Below are positions 1 through 8,916 of a stretch of DNA of 64,000 nucleotides, in pieces; positions within the stretch are counted from its first letter, which is position 1, and the number at the start of each line of letters is the position of its first letter. Under the pieces are notes generated by a model, which made no database searches, was not told the DNA's origin, and saw only the letters and a list, made by a program, of their open reading frames with translations. A program made the translations under genes and the position numbers. Source of the stretch: Bacteroidota bacterium (GTDB lineage: Bacteria; Bacteroidota; Bacteroidia; CAILMK01); contig JABDBQ010000010.1 of assembly GCA_013288555.1 (NCBI GenBank), positions 2,030 through 66,029 on the forward strand, given 5' to 3'.

Positions 1-252
1 TTTTATGTATTATCAGGTGATGTTATTGTAAATGGCAAAGAATCAAGCGGCAGGGCTTTGTATTTATTTGAAAATGATGGCACGGATATTAATATTGAAG
101 CGAAAACGGATACACGGATTATCTTAGGATCAGGTATTCCTTATAAAGAAAAGATCGTAGCCTATGGTCCGTTTGTAATGAACGATACCACACAGATCAT
201 GCAGGCGCAACGCGATTATCAGATGGGGAAAATGGGTATTTTGATTGATTAA
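1..252 (+). CDS. Pirin family protein, C-terminal fragment (5' end outside window)
   Basis: Frame 1 is open from base 1 (FYVLSGDVIVNGKESSGRALYLFEND...). The tail ...AYGPFVMNDTTQIMQAQRDYQMGKMG resembles the pirin C-terminal cupin region. The M at 58 in the ORF track is an internal TTG. Confidence 0.6.
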   Translation, partial: FYVLSGDVIVNGKESSGRALYLFENDGTDINIEAKTDTRIILGSGIPYKEKIVAYGPFVMNDTTQIMQAQRDYQMGKMGILID

Positions 253-270
253 ATTCTTAATCTTGCATCT

Positions 271-855
271 ATGGAACCCGTTTTTATAGAATCGCAACAG
301 GAATGGCATGACTGGCTGCTTGAAAACCATGCTACTGCATCAGAATTTCAAATAGGATTTTATAAAACCAAAACAAAGAAAAAGAGCATCACCAATGAAG
401 AAGCTTTGGATGAAGCCCTTTGTTTTGGTTGGATAGATGGCGTTGTACGCGGCCTTGATGAATGGACATGGACCAAGCGTTGGACCCCCAGAAAACCCAA
501 AAGCATCTGGAGCCTTAAAAACATCAAAAGAGTTGAAGAATTGAAGACATTGGGCCGTATGCATCCAGCTGGAATAAAGGCTTATGAACTCAGAGAAGAA
601 AAACGCAGCGGTATCTACTCTTTTGAAAGTGAGCCAAAGGAATTCAGTGGCATTTATCTTGAAACATTTGTAGCAAATCCGAAAGCCTGGGAGTTCTTTC
701 TTTCCATGCCCAAATCATATCGAACACCAGCCACGCATTTGGTACTATCTGCAAAGCAGGAAGCTACCAGAATGAAACGTCTTGAAGAGCTGATCAGGGC
801 TTCTGAGATGGGTGAAAGAATTGATTCGTTGAAAAACAGGAGCTGGAAGAAATGA
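271..855 (+). CDS. YdeI/OmpD-associated (bacteriocin-protection) family protein
   Basis: 194 aa. The N-terminal pattern WHDWLLENH...ALCFGWIDGV...KRWTPRKPKSIWS is typical of the YdeI/DUF1801-related family. Confidence 0.6.
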   Translation: MEPVFIESQQEWHDWLLENHATASEFQIGFYKTKTKKKSITNEEALDEALCFGWIDGVVRGLDEWTWTKRWTPRKPKSIWSLKNIKRVEELKTLGRMHPAGIKAYELREEKRSGIYSFESEPKEFSGIYLETFVANPKAWEFFLSMPKSYRTPATHLVLSAKQEATRMKRLEELIRASEMGERIDSLKNRSWKK

Positions 856-888
856 TCAATTATCAATGATCAATAACCAATCGCATAA

Positions 889-1401
889 ATGACAATATTC
901 TCCAGAATCTTATTAATAATGGCCATAGCTGGGTGGCTGTTTTGTTTATTTATACATCTAAGCGCTTTTATTGATCCTGACCTGGCTTTTCAATTATCAT
1001 TTGAAAATATTTACATGTTCAGCGCATTAATTATCATTGCGTTGACAGGTGTAACAGGCCTGAAAAAGTTCATGTCAGGCGCTGAATATTCCTTAATGGG
1101 TAAAGGCAAAATGATCCTACAGTCATTCTCACCCTGGTGGATCATTCCATTATGGATTTTGCATCTGGGTTATTTGGGTTTATTAGCCACTATAGTTGAT
1201 AAAAATAATTACCTGGAACATATGGGTTTCAGCATATTCACAGAGAATTCGATCTTAAAAGGAATTCTGCCGGACTTTATGTTTAAAGAATTTCTTAACG
1301 ACGAGTTGAAAATTTCAACAATATTTACGATGTTGCTATACCTGTTTCCGATATTCGCTTTATATCCGGTAAAACAAACTCAAAAAGAATTAATTAACTA
1401 A
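889..1401 (+). CDS. Hypothetical multi-pass membrane protein
   Basis: 170 aa ORF with several long hydrophobic segments. No family recognised. Confidence 0.45.
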   Translation: MTIFSRILLIMAIAGWLFCLFIHLSAFIDPDLAFQLSFENIYMFSALIIIALTGVTGLKKFMSGAEYSLMGKGKMILQSFSPWWIIPLWILHLGYLGLLATIVDKNNYLEHMGFSIFTENSILKGILPDFMFKEFLNDELKISTIFTMLLYLFPIFALYPVKQTQKELIN

Positions 1402-1422
1402 ATAATAATAAGTTTGAACTGT

Positions 1423-2115
1423 TCAAAACTCTTTTTCAAGCAACCTCATATCGTCCATTAATCTCTGAACTTCAAGCAATACCGTCCCATTATAAATACC
1501 CCTGATATGCTGATGGGAATCTACCAGGATAAAATGCTCAGTATGTAGAAATTCAGTTGAATCAGTACTGAAACCCGGCTCTTTATCAGCGAAATAGGAT
1601 TTGCGGGCAAGTTTATATATTTCATTTTTATTCCCTGTTACAAGATGCCACTGACCGGATGGAACGCCGTATTTTCCTGCATAATATTTTAGTCTCGGCA
1701 CACTGTCAATATCTGGTGTTACGGAAAAAGACAGCAACCCTACCCTGCTCTCGTTTTTGAAACTATCGGAGATCATTTTGAAATGTTTTGTAAGCTTAGG
1801 GCAAATGGATGGGCAACTCGTAAAAAAGAAATCCGCTACATATATTTTCCCAGCATAGGTCTGGTTATTTATACGGTTTCCATCCTGATCCATAACTTTA
1901 AAGGGCGCTATAGTATGCAAAGTATCAATCTGCTTTGCATCTGTCAGCCACAGCGGCGTAAAATCAGGTGTATTATAATAAGGCAGTTTTTGAACCTCCT
2001 GATTCTTTATCCTCTTACAGGAAAAAGAAACAAGGCTAATGTACCCGATCAGTCCAAAGAGACTGGCAGCCTTTAACACCTGTAAGCCCATATTTTCTCC
2101 CGTTTTTAGATTCAT
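1423..2115 (-). CDS. SCO1/SenC family thioredoxin-like copper chaperone
   Basis: Has the FFFTSCPSICP (CxxxC) motif and a downstream conserved His (HTEHFILVD) of the SCO family, plus an N-terminal membrane anchor. The start may be the internal M at 2091. It overlaps the upstream ORF either way. Confidence 0.8.
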   Translation of the reverse strand: MNLKTGENMGLQVLKAASLFGLIGYISLVSFSCKRIKNQEVQKLPYYNTPDFTPLWLTDAKQIDTLHTIAPFKVMDQDGNRINNQTYAGKIYVADFFFTSCPSICPKLTKHFKMISDSFKNESRVGLLSFSVTPDIDSVPRLKYYAGKYGVPSGQWHLVTGNKNEIYKLARKSYFADKEPGFSTDSTEFLHTEHFILVDSHQHIRGIYNGTVLLEVQRLMDDMRLLEKEF

Positions 2116-2632
2116 AATTCACCATGACTGTCCCATCCCGTTTCCACATCCGTTCCATGCCCTTTTCCTGACCGTCTTTATAATTGAAATACTGGTATAG
2201 CTGTCCGTTGTCAAACCAGGTTTTCATATATCCTTCGTAATGATCATCAGCCATTTGTGCCTCAAAACGTTTGTGACCATCCGGATACCATTCTTGGTGT
2301 AATCCTGTTTTTTTTCCGTCGTAATACCAGCGCTCTTCTGCAGGTTTTCCGTTTTCAAACCATCTTTCATACCTGCCTTCTGGCTTTCCATTATAATATG
2401 ATGCGTACAGGAGGGTATCTTTTTGATTCTCTAAAATGAATTGAATGCCTGAAAATGGTTTTTGATGGTATAATAAAATATTATTCTTCTGCACAAACCC
2501 GGAATCTTTTGCCTCAATTTTTATATCCGGAACAGCATAAAAATTATGATTACCGCAAGCGCTCCCTAGTCCTGCAGCAACCATAAACAATATGAAAATG
2601 TGATAATGTGATAATATGCTAATTATCTTCAT
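2036..2632 (-). CDS. MORN-variant repeat (YwqK-like) lipoprotein
   Basis: Repeated G-x-x-x-W-(F/Y)-x-N-G / YKDGQ units (WFENGKPAEERWYYDGKKTGLHQEWYPDGH...). The N-terminal signal ends in the lipobox-like LGSAC. Confidence 0.6.
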   Translation of the reverse strand: MKIISILSHYHIFILFMVAAGLGSACGNHNFYAVPDIKIEAKDSGFVQKNNILLYHQKPFSGIQFILENQKDTLLYASYYNGKPEGRYERWFENGKPAEERWYYDGKKTGLHQEWYPDGHKRFEAQMADDHYEGYMKTWFDNGQLYQYFNYKDGQEKGMERMWKRDGTVMVNYESKNGRKYGLTGVKGCQSLWTDRVH

Positions 2633-2682
2633 TGACTTTCATTTTCAAATCTCCAAATTTTCAAATTTTCAAATAGTTTCAC

Positions 2683-3447
2683 TTATTGACTCACCGTTCC
2701 CGCTGTACCATAAAATCCATCGCCATTCAGATACGGCGCATCAGCAGTGATATGATAGTGGTAAATACCGTTTGGATAATCTGCAGTGGCTCCAAAATGC
2801 CCGTGATAGGCATCCAGGTCACTGGAAGATAATGTTTTACCGTTTTCCTGTGGGCCATATACAGGGAACCCGTCAAGCAAAACACCCAGAAAAGCATCTT
2901 CCCCTTTGTTTTGAGTGAGCCAAAGAGGTTCTACATGATAATGATACATTCCCTGTTGTTGCGGATGACCGTCATACTGGTCGAAACTGTTTTTCTCAGG
3001 ACCTAAAGCTGCGCCACCTGCAGCATATTGATTGAAAAAAGGCACACCATTCAAAGATATACCTATCGGTCCCATCGGAGTAGAGCTATGGGCAGAATTC
3101 AAATCAGGGTTCGCAGGGATTCTGAAAGTAATATTTTGCTGCTCAATCGTGTTGGGTGCCGCTGAAAAACTGCTATTGGTTCCATTATACGCTTCATATA
3201 GCGTACTTGCCCATTGTGTCCCCTTATAATAAACACTCTTATGGTCCGGCAGATCAATAGTAGTGATCACAATAAAATCACCATCTCGTGTGATGCTTTT
3301 GGCACCGTAAATCTTTTTGTATATGGCCGGTATGCTATCAGCACTTGTTGAGTTATTGGTACTCGGGGTTGTAGTTTCATTTTTTTTGCAGGACATGAAG
3401 GCGATCATACCCGCCATAGCTGCAATAATTCCGGTTTTCATTTTCAT
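2683..3447 (-). CDS. YHYH domain-containing lipoprotein
   Basis: Two YHYH motifs (GMYHYHVEP, GIYHYHITA). Signal peptide with a Cys (FMSCKK). Confidence 0.7.
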   Translation of the reverse strand: MKMKTGIIAAMAGMIAFMSCKKNETTTPSTNNSTSADSIPAIYKKIYGAKSITRDGDFIVITTIDLPDHKSVYYKGTQWASTLYEAYNGTNSSFSAAPNTIEQQNITFRIPANPDLNSAHSSTPMGPIGISLNGVPFFNQYAAGGAALGPEKNSFDQYDGHPQQQGMYHYHVEPLWLTQNKGEDAFLGVLLDGFPVYGPQENGKTLSSSDLDAYHGHFGATADYPNGIYHYHITADAPYLNGDGFYGTAGTVSQ

Positions 3448-3523
3448 AATCGTCTGTTTTTAGTGAGTTATAAAAGTATAGACGATATTGATTTTGAAAT
3501 CCTTCGTCAATTGTCTCGAAAAT

Positions 3524-3982
3524 TTATCTGTCATGTGGAGGACCGTCCGGTTGATGCATGAGTTGATGGCTGAGTTCCTGGATCAGATCATCAAAAAGAG
3601 GCTTTTGGTCAGGACGAAGGATACCACGAAGCTTTTGAAAATGCTCGAAAGTAACTGTCTCTTTTTTACTTTCATTCTCTTTTATTTTCAACATGAGTGT
3701 GTTTTTCGATGCCGTATCAACCGGTTCAGATTTCAGCAAATCAAACAAATGCCTATGCAGGTTGGCTGATTGCTCATCAATCTGAACGATCTGTTCATGA
3801 TGCTCATGTTTCAAAACGTCAAATTTTGCCTGCTGACCCGGATCCAGTTTAAGCCTTTCAATGATCATTTTATCAGGCGGTCCCGGATGATGGGGATGGT
3901 TGAACCATAAAAATGCAATAATGCCCAGGTTAATAAGTAAAAGTAATAAGATCAGAACTTTGTAAAAGCTTTCCTTTTTCAT
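3524..3982 (-). CDS. Spy/CpxP-like periplasmic protein ('periplasmic heavy metal sensor' type)
   Basis: N-terminal anchor, helical LxxxQ-type body and His-rich stretches (HPHHPGPP, HEHHEQ, HQLMHQPDGPPHD). A 4-nt overlap with the upstream anti-sigma ORF suggests translational coupling. Confidence 0.5.
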   Translation of the reverse strand: MKKESFYKVLILLLLLINLGIIAFLWFNHPHHPGPPDKMIIERLKLDPGQQAKFDVLKHEHHEQIVQIDEQSANLHRHLFDLLKSEPVDTASKNTLMLKIKENESKKETVTFEHFQKLRGILRPDQKPLFDDLIQELSHQLMHQPDGPPHDR

Positions 3983-4299
3983 AAGGCATCAATTATATTA
4001 TTGTCATTACTCAAGCCATAGTAAGAAGTCAGCTGCTCTATATCTGAATGTTGTAGCTTCTGAATCTGGCGCGATAAAAGGAGAACATTCAGGGATATTA
4101 ACAGAAAAACAATAACGGCTGCAATAGAAACGGTACGTATAGGAACGGTTCTCGCTGTGAGCCCAATAACAGGGTTCCCATTCAATTGCCTTTCGATTTT
4201 ACTATAAACCGATGTAGGAGCATCCGGACGTTCCATCCCTTCCAGGCTGTTCATTACCGCCCCGATCCATTTTTCCATGTTTTGATCCTTTGTATCCAT
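3979..4299 (-). CDS. Putative anti-sigma factor (single-pass membrane protein)
   Basis: 106 aa with one TM segment (VSIAAVIVFLLISLNVLLL). It lies immediately downstream (18 nt) of an ECF sigma gene. The call rests on position only. Confidence 0.4.
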   Translation of the reverse strand: MDTKDQNMEKWIGAVMNSLEGMERPDAPTSVYSKIERQLNGNPVIGLTARTVPIRTVSIAAVIVFLLISLNVLLLSRQIQKLQHSDIEQLTSYYGLSNDNNIIDAL

Positions 4300-4317
4300 T
4301 TTGCAATCTATTAGACG

Positions 4318-4923
4318 TTATATATTTGATTTTCCTTCGGTATTGTCATAATAATTTCCCAAAAGTTTACGAAGATTCTGTTTCGCCCGCTGCAATAATG
4401 ATTCCACAGCTTTTTCACCAATATTCATAATGGCCGCTATTTCCTTTTGTGGCAAACCTTCTACCTGTTTCAGTATAAAGGCCGTTTGCTGGTTTTCAGG
4501 CAGTTTATCCATCGCTTTAAAAAGAATCGAGGCCATTTCTTTGTTTTCCATGAGTACACCCGGATGATCAAAATCTGGTTGATCAAACCGGAGCTGCCCG
4601 GTTTCGGGATTGAACAGATCTGTTAAAAATGCAAATCTTTTCTTTCGCTTACGATGCCTGAGCCTGTCAAGGCATTTGTTTATGGCAATCCTGTAAATCC
4701 ATGTTGAAATCGATGCATCACTACGGAAATTTGCAGCGGCTGAGAAAACTTCCATAAATATATCCTGAACGGCTTCTTCAGCTTCTTCATTGTTTTTCAG
4801 GTAAGAAAGGCAGGTATTGTAAACACGGGATTGAAAAAGGGCATAAAAACGCTGAAAGGCATCCCTGTTACCTTTTGCGATTTCTAATATCAGCGCCTCA
4901 TTTTCTGCCATTTTGTTTATCAA
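4318..4923 (-). CDS. ECF-type RNA polymerase sigma-70 family factor
   Basis: Sigma region 2 (EEAVQDIFMEVF...STWIYRIAINKCLD) and region 4 HTH (LPENQQTAFILKQVEGLPQKEIAAIMNIGEKAVESLLQRA). Confidence 0.85.
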   Translation of the reverse strand: MINKMAENEALILEIAKGNRDAFQRFYALFQSRVYNTCLSYLKNNEEAEEAVQDIFMEVFSAAANFRSDASISTWIYRIAINKCLDRLRHRKRKKRFAFLTDLFNPETGQLRFDQPDFDHPGVLMENKEMASILFKAMDKLPENQQTAFILKQVEGLPQKEIAAIMNIGEKAVESLLQRAKQNLRKLLGNYYDNTEGKSNI

Positions 4924-4985
4924 TCTCTCATGTAACTATAAGTCTTTTTTAACCAAAATTCCAGCATTAAAGAAGTTATCCATTT

Positions 4986-5093
4986 TTAAACCGCAAAGAA
5001 CGCAAGGGCTTCGCAGAGGTAGCAAAGATTAACTTTTATATTATTTTGCACCTTAGCGTACTTTGGGACACCTTTATTTTCTTTGCGGTTTAA
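4986..5093. repeat. 15-bp perfect inverted repeat (TTAAACCGCAAAGAA / TTCTTTGCGGTTTAA) around a 78-bp spacer
   Basis: Arms at 4986-5000 and 5079-5093. The interior carries CGCAAAGAACGCAAG words related to the 21-mers at 44067-44108. It lies in the divergent spacer between the ECF sigma gene and tsaB. Confidence 0.7.
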
Positions 5094-5232
5094 TTTTAAT
5101 TTGTCTCTGGTTTTTTGATGCATAAAATATTCATCCGGCACCTTGGGACTTCTTACGGCGCCAAAAATAGAATAAGTTTTACGAACAATGCCATTTCGGG
5201 ATTCAAAGCGATAGAATTACCTTTGAAGCATC

Positions 5233-5916
5233 ATGATCCCAAATATCTTTTGTATTGATACTTCCCTGGAAGTATGTTCTGTAGCTGTCGGCGAATTTTA
5301 TGCGGAAGAAACCGGGCATAATATCCATTCTTCGAGGCTCAATATGGTTATTGATAAGCTCATGAAATCAGCCGGATTAAATCTTGATGAAATTGATGCC
5401 ATTTGTGTTGACAAAGGGCCTGGGTCTTATACGGGACTACGAATTGGGGTATCAACAGCCAAAGGATTGTGTTATGCCCTTGATAAGCCTTTGATCAGCA
5501 CCAACACCCTGCAAACAATGGCCTATTATTATAAAACTCTTTCAAGTTTAGATAAAGATCAGCTTTTATGCCCAATGATTGATGCACGCCGACTGGAAGT
5601 TTATTATGCCTTGTTCGACAATGACTTAAAATTTTTCAGGGAAACCCAGACGGGTATTATTGATGAAAGTTTTTTAGAGGACATTCTATCCGAAAAACAA
5701 TTATTGTTTTTGGGTAATGGCGCTTCAAAATGCAAACCATTTTTATCCTCGCATCCGAATGCCATTTTCCCCGATCTGGAAATATATCCATCTGCAAAAG
5801 CGATGATGTCCTTGGCAATTCAAAAATATGAACAAAAAGATTTTGAAGATATCTTTAGCTTTGAACCGTTTTACCTGAAAGACTTTTATTTTGCAACACC
5901 GTTGAAGAAGGAGTAA
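5233..5916 (+). CDS. tsaB: tRNA threonylcarbamoyladenosine (t6A) biosynthesis protein TsaB
   Basis: YeaZ/TsaB signature GPGSYTGLRIGVSTAKGL. 227 aa. Confidence 0.85.
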   Translation: MIPNIFCIDTSLEVCSVAVGEFYAEETGHNIHSSRLNMVIDKLMKSAGLNLDEIDAICVDKGPGSYTGLRIGVSTAKGLCYALDKPLISTNTLQTMAYYYKTLSSLDKDQLLCPMIDARRLEVYYALFDNDLKFFRETQTGIIDESFLEDILSEKQLLFLGNGASKCKPFLSSHPNAIFPDLEIYPSAKAMMSLAIQKYEQKDFEDIFSFEPFYLKDFYFATPLKKE

Positions 5917-6022
5917 GAAGTGAGAGGTGAGAAGTAAGAAGTAAAACGTTACACCGAATCATAATAACCAAATTTCAAATTTCAAATCACAAATCACCAA
6001 TCACAAATCACAAATTACAATA
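5904..6022. repeat. Two adjacent heptamer-periodic arrays (RAGWRAG-type words, then YWCAAAT x8)
   Basis: 5904-5945: gaagaag gagtaag aagtgag aggtgag aagtaag aagtaaa. 5967-6022: accaaat ttcaaat ttcaaat cacaaat caccaat cacaaat cacaaat tacaata. Together they span the tsaB stop to the next start codon. Confidence 0.85.
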
Positions 6023-6025
6023 CTT

Positions 6026-6631
6026 ATGCCTCGTCCCCTGAATCTCGCTGAATTTGAAAACGAAACCGAAATTGGGGCATTCACCCTCGATTTCAGGCCG
6101 GGAGACCAGTTTATAGATGCATTTATTCCTGGTTCTATTTATCTGTGCCAGGCATTTGTAGCTTCGGGTTTGCTACTGGAGATCGTTGCCCACGTAGAAA
6201 CTGTCATTGCTGTCACTCCTAAAACAAGGGAAGAATCAGCCATGAAATCTCTTGAAAAACTCGGATATGAAAATGTGGATGGCTGGCTGAAAGGCGGTTT
6301 TGAAACCTGGAAAGAGAGCGGGAATAAAATTGACCTCATCATATCTATTGAAGCCGATGAATTGCTGATGGATATGAAATTTGATGATCCACAGGTGATT
6401 GATATAAGACCAACCGAAGCATTTGAAATAGGCCATCTTGAAAATGCCGAAAACATTCCGATGGAAAACATTCTTTATAACCTGGAAGAACTTCCGAGGG
6501 ACCAAATATTTTATCTTTATTGTGATGACGGTGAATTGTCTATATCGGTGATATCCTGCCTTAAAAGCCAGGGATTCCATAATTTTTATCATGTTACCGG
6601 CGGATACCAGGCGCTGCGGAAATTAATCTAA
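6026..6631 (+). CDS. Rhodanese-like (sulfurtransferase) domain protein
   Basis: The C-terminal half has rhodanese features (IDIRPTEAFEIGHLENAENIP ... YLYCDDGELS active-site-like Cys loop). Confidence 0.65.
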   Translation: MPRPLNLAEFENETEIGAFTLDFRPGDQFIDAFIPGSIYLCQAFVASGLLLEIVAHVETVIAVTPKTREESAMKSLEKLGYENVDGWLKGGFETWKESGNKIDLIISIEADELLMDMKFDDPQVIDIRPTEAFEIGHLENAENIPMENILYNLEELPRDQIFYLYCDDGELSISVISCLKSQGFHNFYHVTGGYQALRKLI

Positions 6632-7263
6632 TGATTCAACCTGCTTATATTCATGACTTGCTGGCCTTTGCGCTGGCTGCGTTATTCATCGTACTGGTTC
6701 CGGGGCCCAACATGACTTACCTGATAACCTGTGCGGCCAGCCAGGGTAAAAAGACCGCCATTTTTGCGTTACTGGGTAGCAATTCAGCTTTGATCATTTT
6801 AGGGGTCTTGACAGGCCTGGGATTAAATACGCTATTACAAGCCGTTCCCAATATCTATTACGCCTTGAAAATCATCGGGGCATTCTATTTCTTCTGGCTT
6901 GCCTTCAAAATGATCCGCAATGGTAAAAAGACAGAAAATGAAAAGATTAAAATAAACAGGATCAGTCCGCTGAGAGCTTATCAGACAGGTTTTCTTACTA
7001 ATGTTCTAAATCCCAAAGCAGTAGTATTTTATATTGCTATTTTTCCGCAGTTTCTTATCCCTTCCTTAGGCCACCTGGCTTTACAGGGAACAGGCCTTGC
7101 ATTGGTCCATGCCCTGGTCAGCTTTATAGTGAATTCAACCATCATTTTCTCGGTAAACCGCGTCGCTGTATTCTTTCATAAAAGCGAAAGAATCAAAACC
7201 ATCAGCAGATGGGGAATCGCCACCATTTTCTCTGCTTTTGCAGTGAGGATATTGGTGAAGTGA
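6631..7263 (+). CDS. LysE/RhtB family amino-acid translocator
   Basis: 210 aa, about six hydrophobic helices. N-terminal VPGPNMTYLI and mid-protein NPKAVVFY motifs are typical of LysE/RhtB. Confidence 0.8.
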   Translation: MIQPAYIHDLLAFALAALFIVLVPGPNMTYLITCAASQGKKTAIFALLGSNSALIILGVLTGLGLNTLLQAVPNIYYALKIIGAFYFFWLAFKMIRNGKKTENEKIKINRISPLRAYQTGFLTNVLNPKAVVFYIAIFPQFLIPSLGHLALQGTGLALVHALVSFIVNSTIIFSVNRVAVFFHKSERIKTISRWGIATIFSAFAVRILVK

Positions 7264-7417
7264 GTATCTTGATATCGAATTTTATATTCACATTAGATGT
7301 AATGAGAAGTGAGAAGTGAAAGGTAAAAAGGAAGCGGGAAGCATTCCCTTAACTTACTTTCTCACAATATTTTCACAATATTGAAGTTAGTTATAAGGTT
7401 CAGGAACAAACAAATTT

Positions 7418-8875
7418 ATGAAAAAACAATTATTGCTGCTTTTTTTATGGCTTTTCGTGGGGGTTGTTTCGGTTCACGCATCAGGAAAACCTATTGTCAT
7501 TCAAGGTCATGTATCGGGTTCAAAGATGGATACCATTTTGCTGCGGTCCCCTGTTGGCATTGTAAATTTTGTTGACTATAACCCTACTGTGCAAACCGTT
7601 GGGAAAGCATATCCCGATACCGGCGGAAATTTCAGGATTATGGTTGACGCAGATCTTGACGGTCAGTATTTTTCATTGATAATGGGTGAGATTTACCCCT
7701 TTAACTATGTATATTTATACCCGGGTGACAGTATTTTTGTTGAGGTCAATGATAAGGAGTCGGTCTATACCGGCGGCGCGGCTTCCGCCGCAGAATATGA
7801 GGACAGCTGTCATGAAAGAAGATATGTAATGGATTTCCAGGCTTTCAAGCGGAAACCTGATGATTTTTACCAATATATTGATAGCGCAGCCGAAAACCAA
7901 AACCATTTTATAGAAAGATTTGCCAAAAAAAATAACTGGGGCCTAAAACGCAAAGAACAAGCTCTGGCAGATGCATATTATTTCTGGAAAGCTGACAAGT
8001 ATAATTATATCACCGTGCATGGATATGCACTCAGGACCAATGAAACGGTGAAAGTGGACCCTGCCTGGTTTAATTTTCTGTCACCCAAAGATCTGAATTG
8101 TGCAACCTGCCTCGGGCTGTCAAATTACTATTCCATTTTACGAAACCTGCCGAGCGTTATTTCAAGCGAAAGATTCTCGCAGCTTACAGTTGAACAAAGA
8201 AAAGAATACCTTGACCGCCAAACCCTCTGGCACATGAAATCCGAAATCAGGATAATTGACAGCCTGTTTTCTGGTGTAAATAAGGAAATAGCTATCGGTA
8301 TGTACTTAGAGGGCGCTTTTTATTCCATAGAGCGGTATAAGAAAGATATCAAAACCTTTGCGCTGCATCAGATGGATTCGCTCATCGCCACCATGAAACC
8401 AGATACATACCATACGGGCCTTTATGCCAGGCTCATGGAAAAGCGCTCCAGGATCATTGACCGTACCAATAGGCCTGCCTACGCTTTCAACCTGCCAGAT
8501 ACCGCAGGCAAAATACACTCTCTCAATGATTTCAAAGGCAAGGTTGTATTGCTCGATTTCTGGGAAGTGGGCTGTGTGCCCTGTATCCATGCCGTGCCCT
8601 ATGCAGATAAGATACAGGACTCTCTGAAAGGAACCGATTTTAAGATGGTTTCGGTATGCTGCCACAGCGATGATAAATACTGGAAGATTTTTATAAATAA
8701 ATTCAATTGGCAAGGGTTGCAGTTGTCGAGCCATGATAAAAGCGAAGAACAATACGGGGTCTCCGGCTATCCTCACTATGTACTGGTAGATAAAAAGGGT
8801 ATTATCCGCGACCCGGATGCCTCTCTGGAAAGCGATGCCCTGAAAATAGAAATTTCGGAATTGCTGAAAAAGTAA
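7418..8875 (+). CDS. TlpA-like thiol:disulfide oxidoreductase with a large N-terminal domain of unknown function
   Basis: Signal peptide. The C-terminal thioredoxin fold has LLDFWEVGCVPC (CxxC) and YGVSGYPHYVLVDKKG. Confidence 0.7.
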   Translation: MKKQLLLLFLWLFVGVVSVHASGKPIVIQGHVSGSKMDTILLRSPVGIVNFVDYNPTVQTVGKAYPDTGGNFRIMVDADLDGQYFSLIMGEIYPFNYVYLYPGDSIFVEVNDKESVYTGGAASAAEYEDSCHERRYVMDFQAFKRKPDDFYQYIDSAAENQNHFIERFAKKNNWGLKRKEQALADAYYFWKADKYNYITVHGYALRTNETVKVDPAWFNFLSPKDLNCATCLGLSNYYSILRNLPSVISSERFSQLTVEQRKEYLDRQTLWHMKSEIRIIDSLFSGVNKEIAIGMYLEGAFYSIERYKKDIKTFALHQMDSLIATMKPDTYHTGLYARLMEKRSRIIDRTNRPAYAFNLPDTAGKIHSLNDFKGKVVLLDFWEVGCVPCIHAVPYADKIQDSLKGTDFKMVSVCCHSDDKYWKIFINKFNWQGLQLSSHDKSEEQYGVSGYPHYVLVDKKGIIRDPDASLESDALKIEISELLKK

Positions 8876-8916
8876 GTGGCGGCAGTGGTTTGAGCCATCT
8901 CTGGTTATTCAAGAGT

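Noticed and set aside
7381-7575. 64-aa ORF overlapping the start of the TlpA-like gene
   Set aside because: It is out of frame with, and largely inside, the 485-aa ORF, which has a proper signal peptide starting at 7418.
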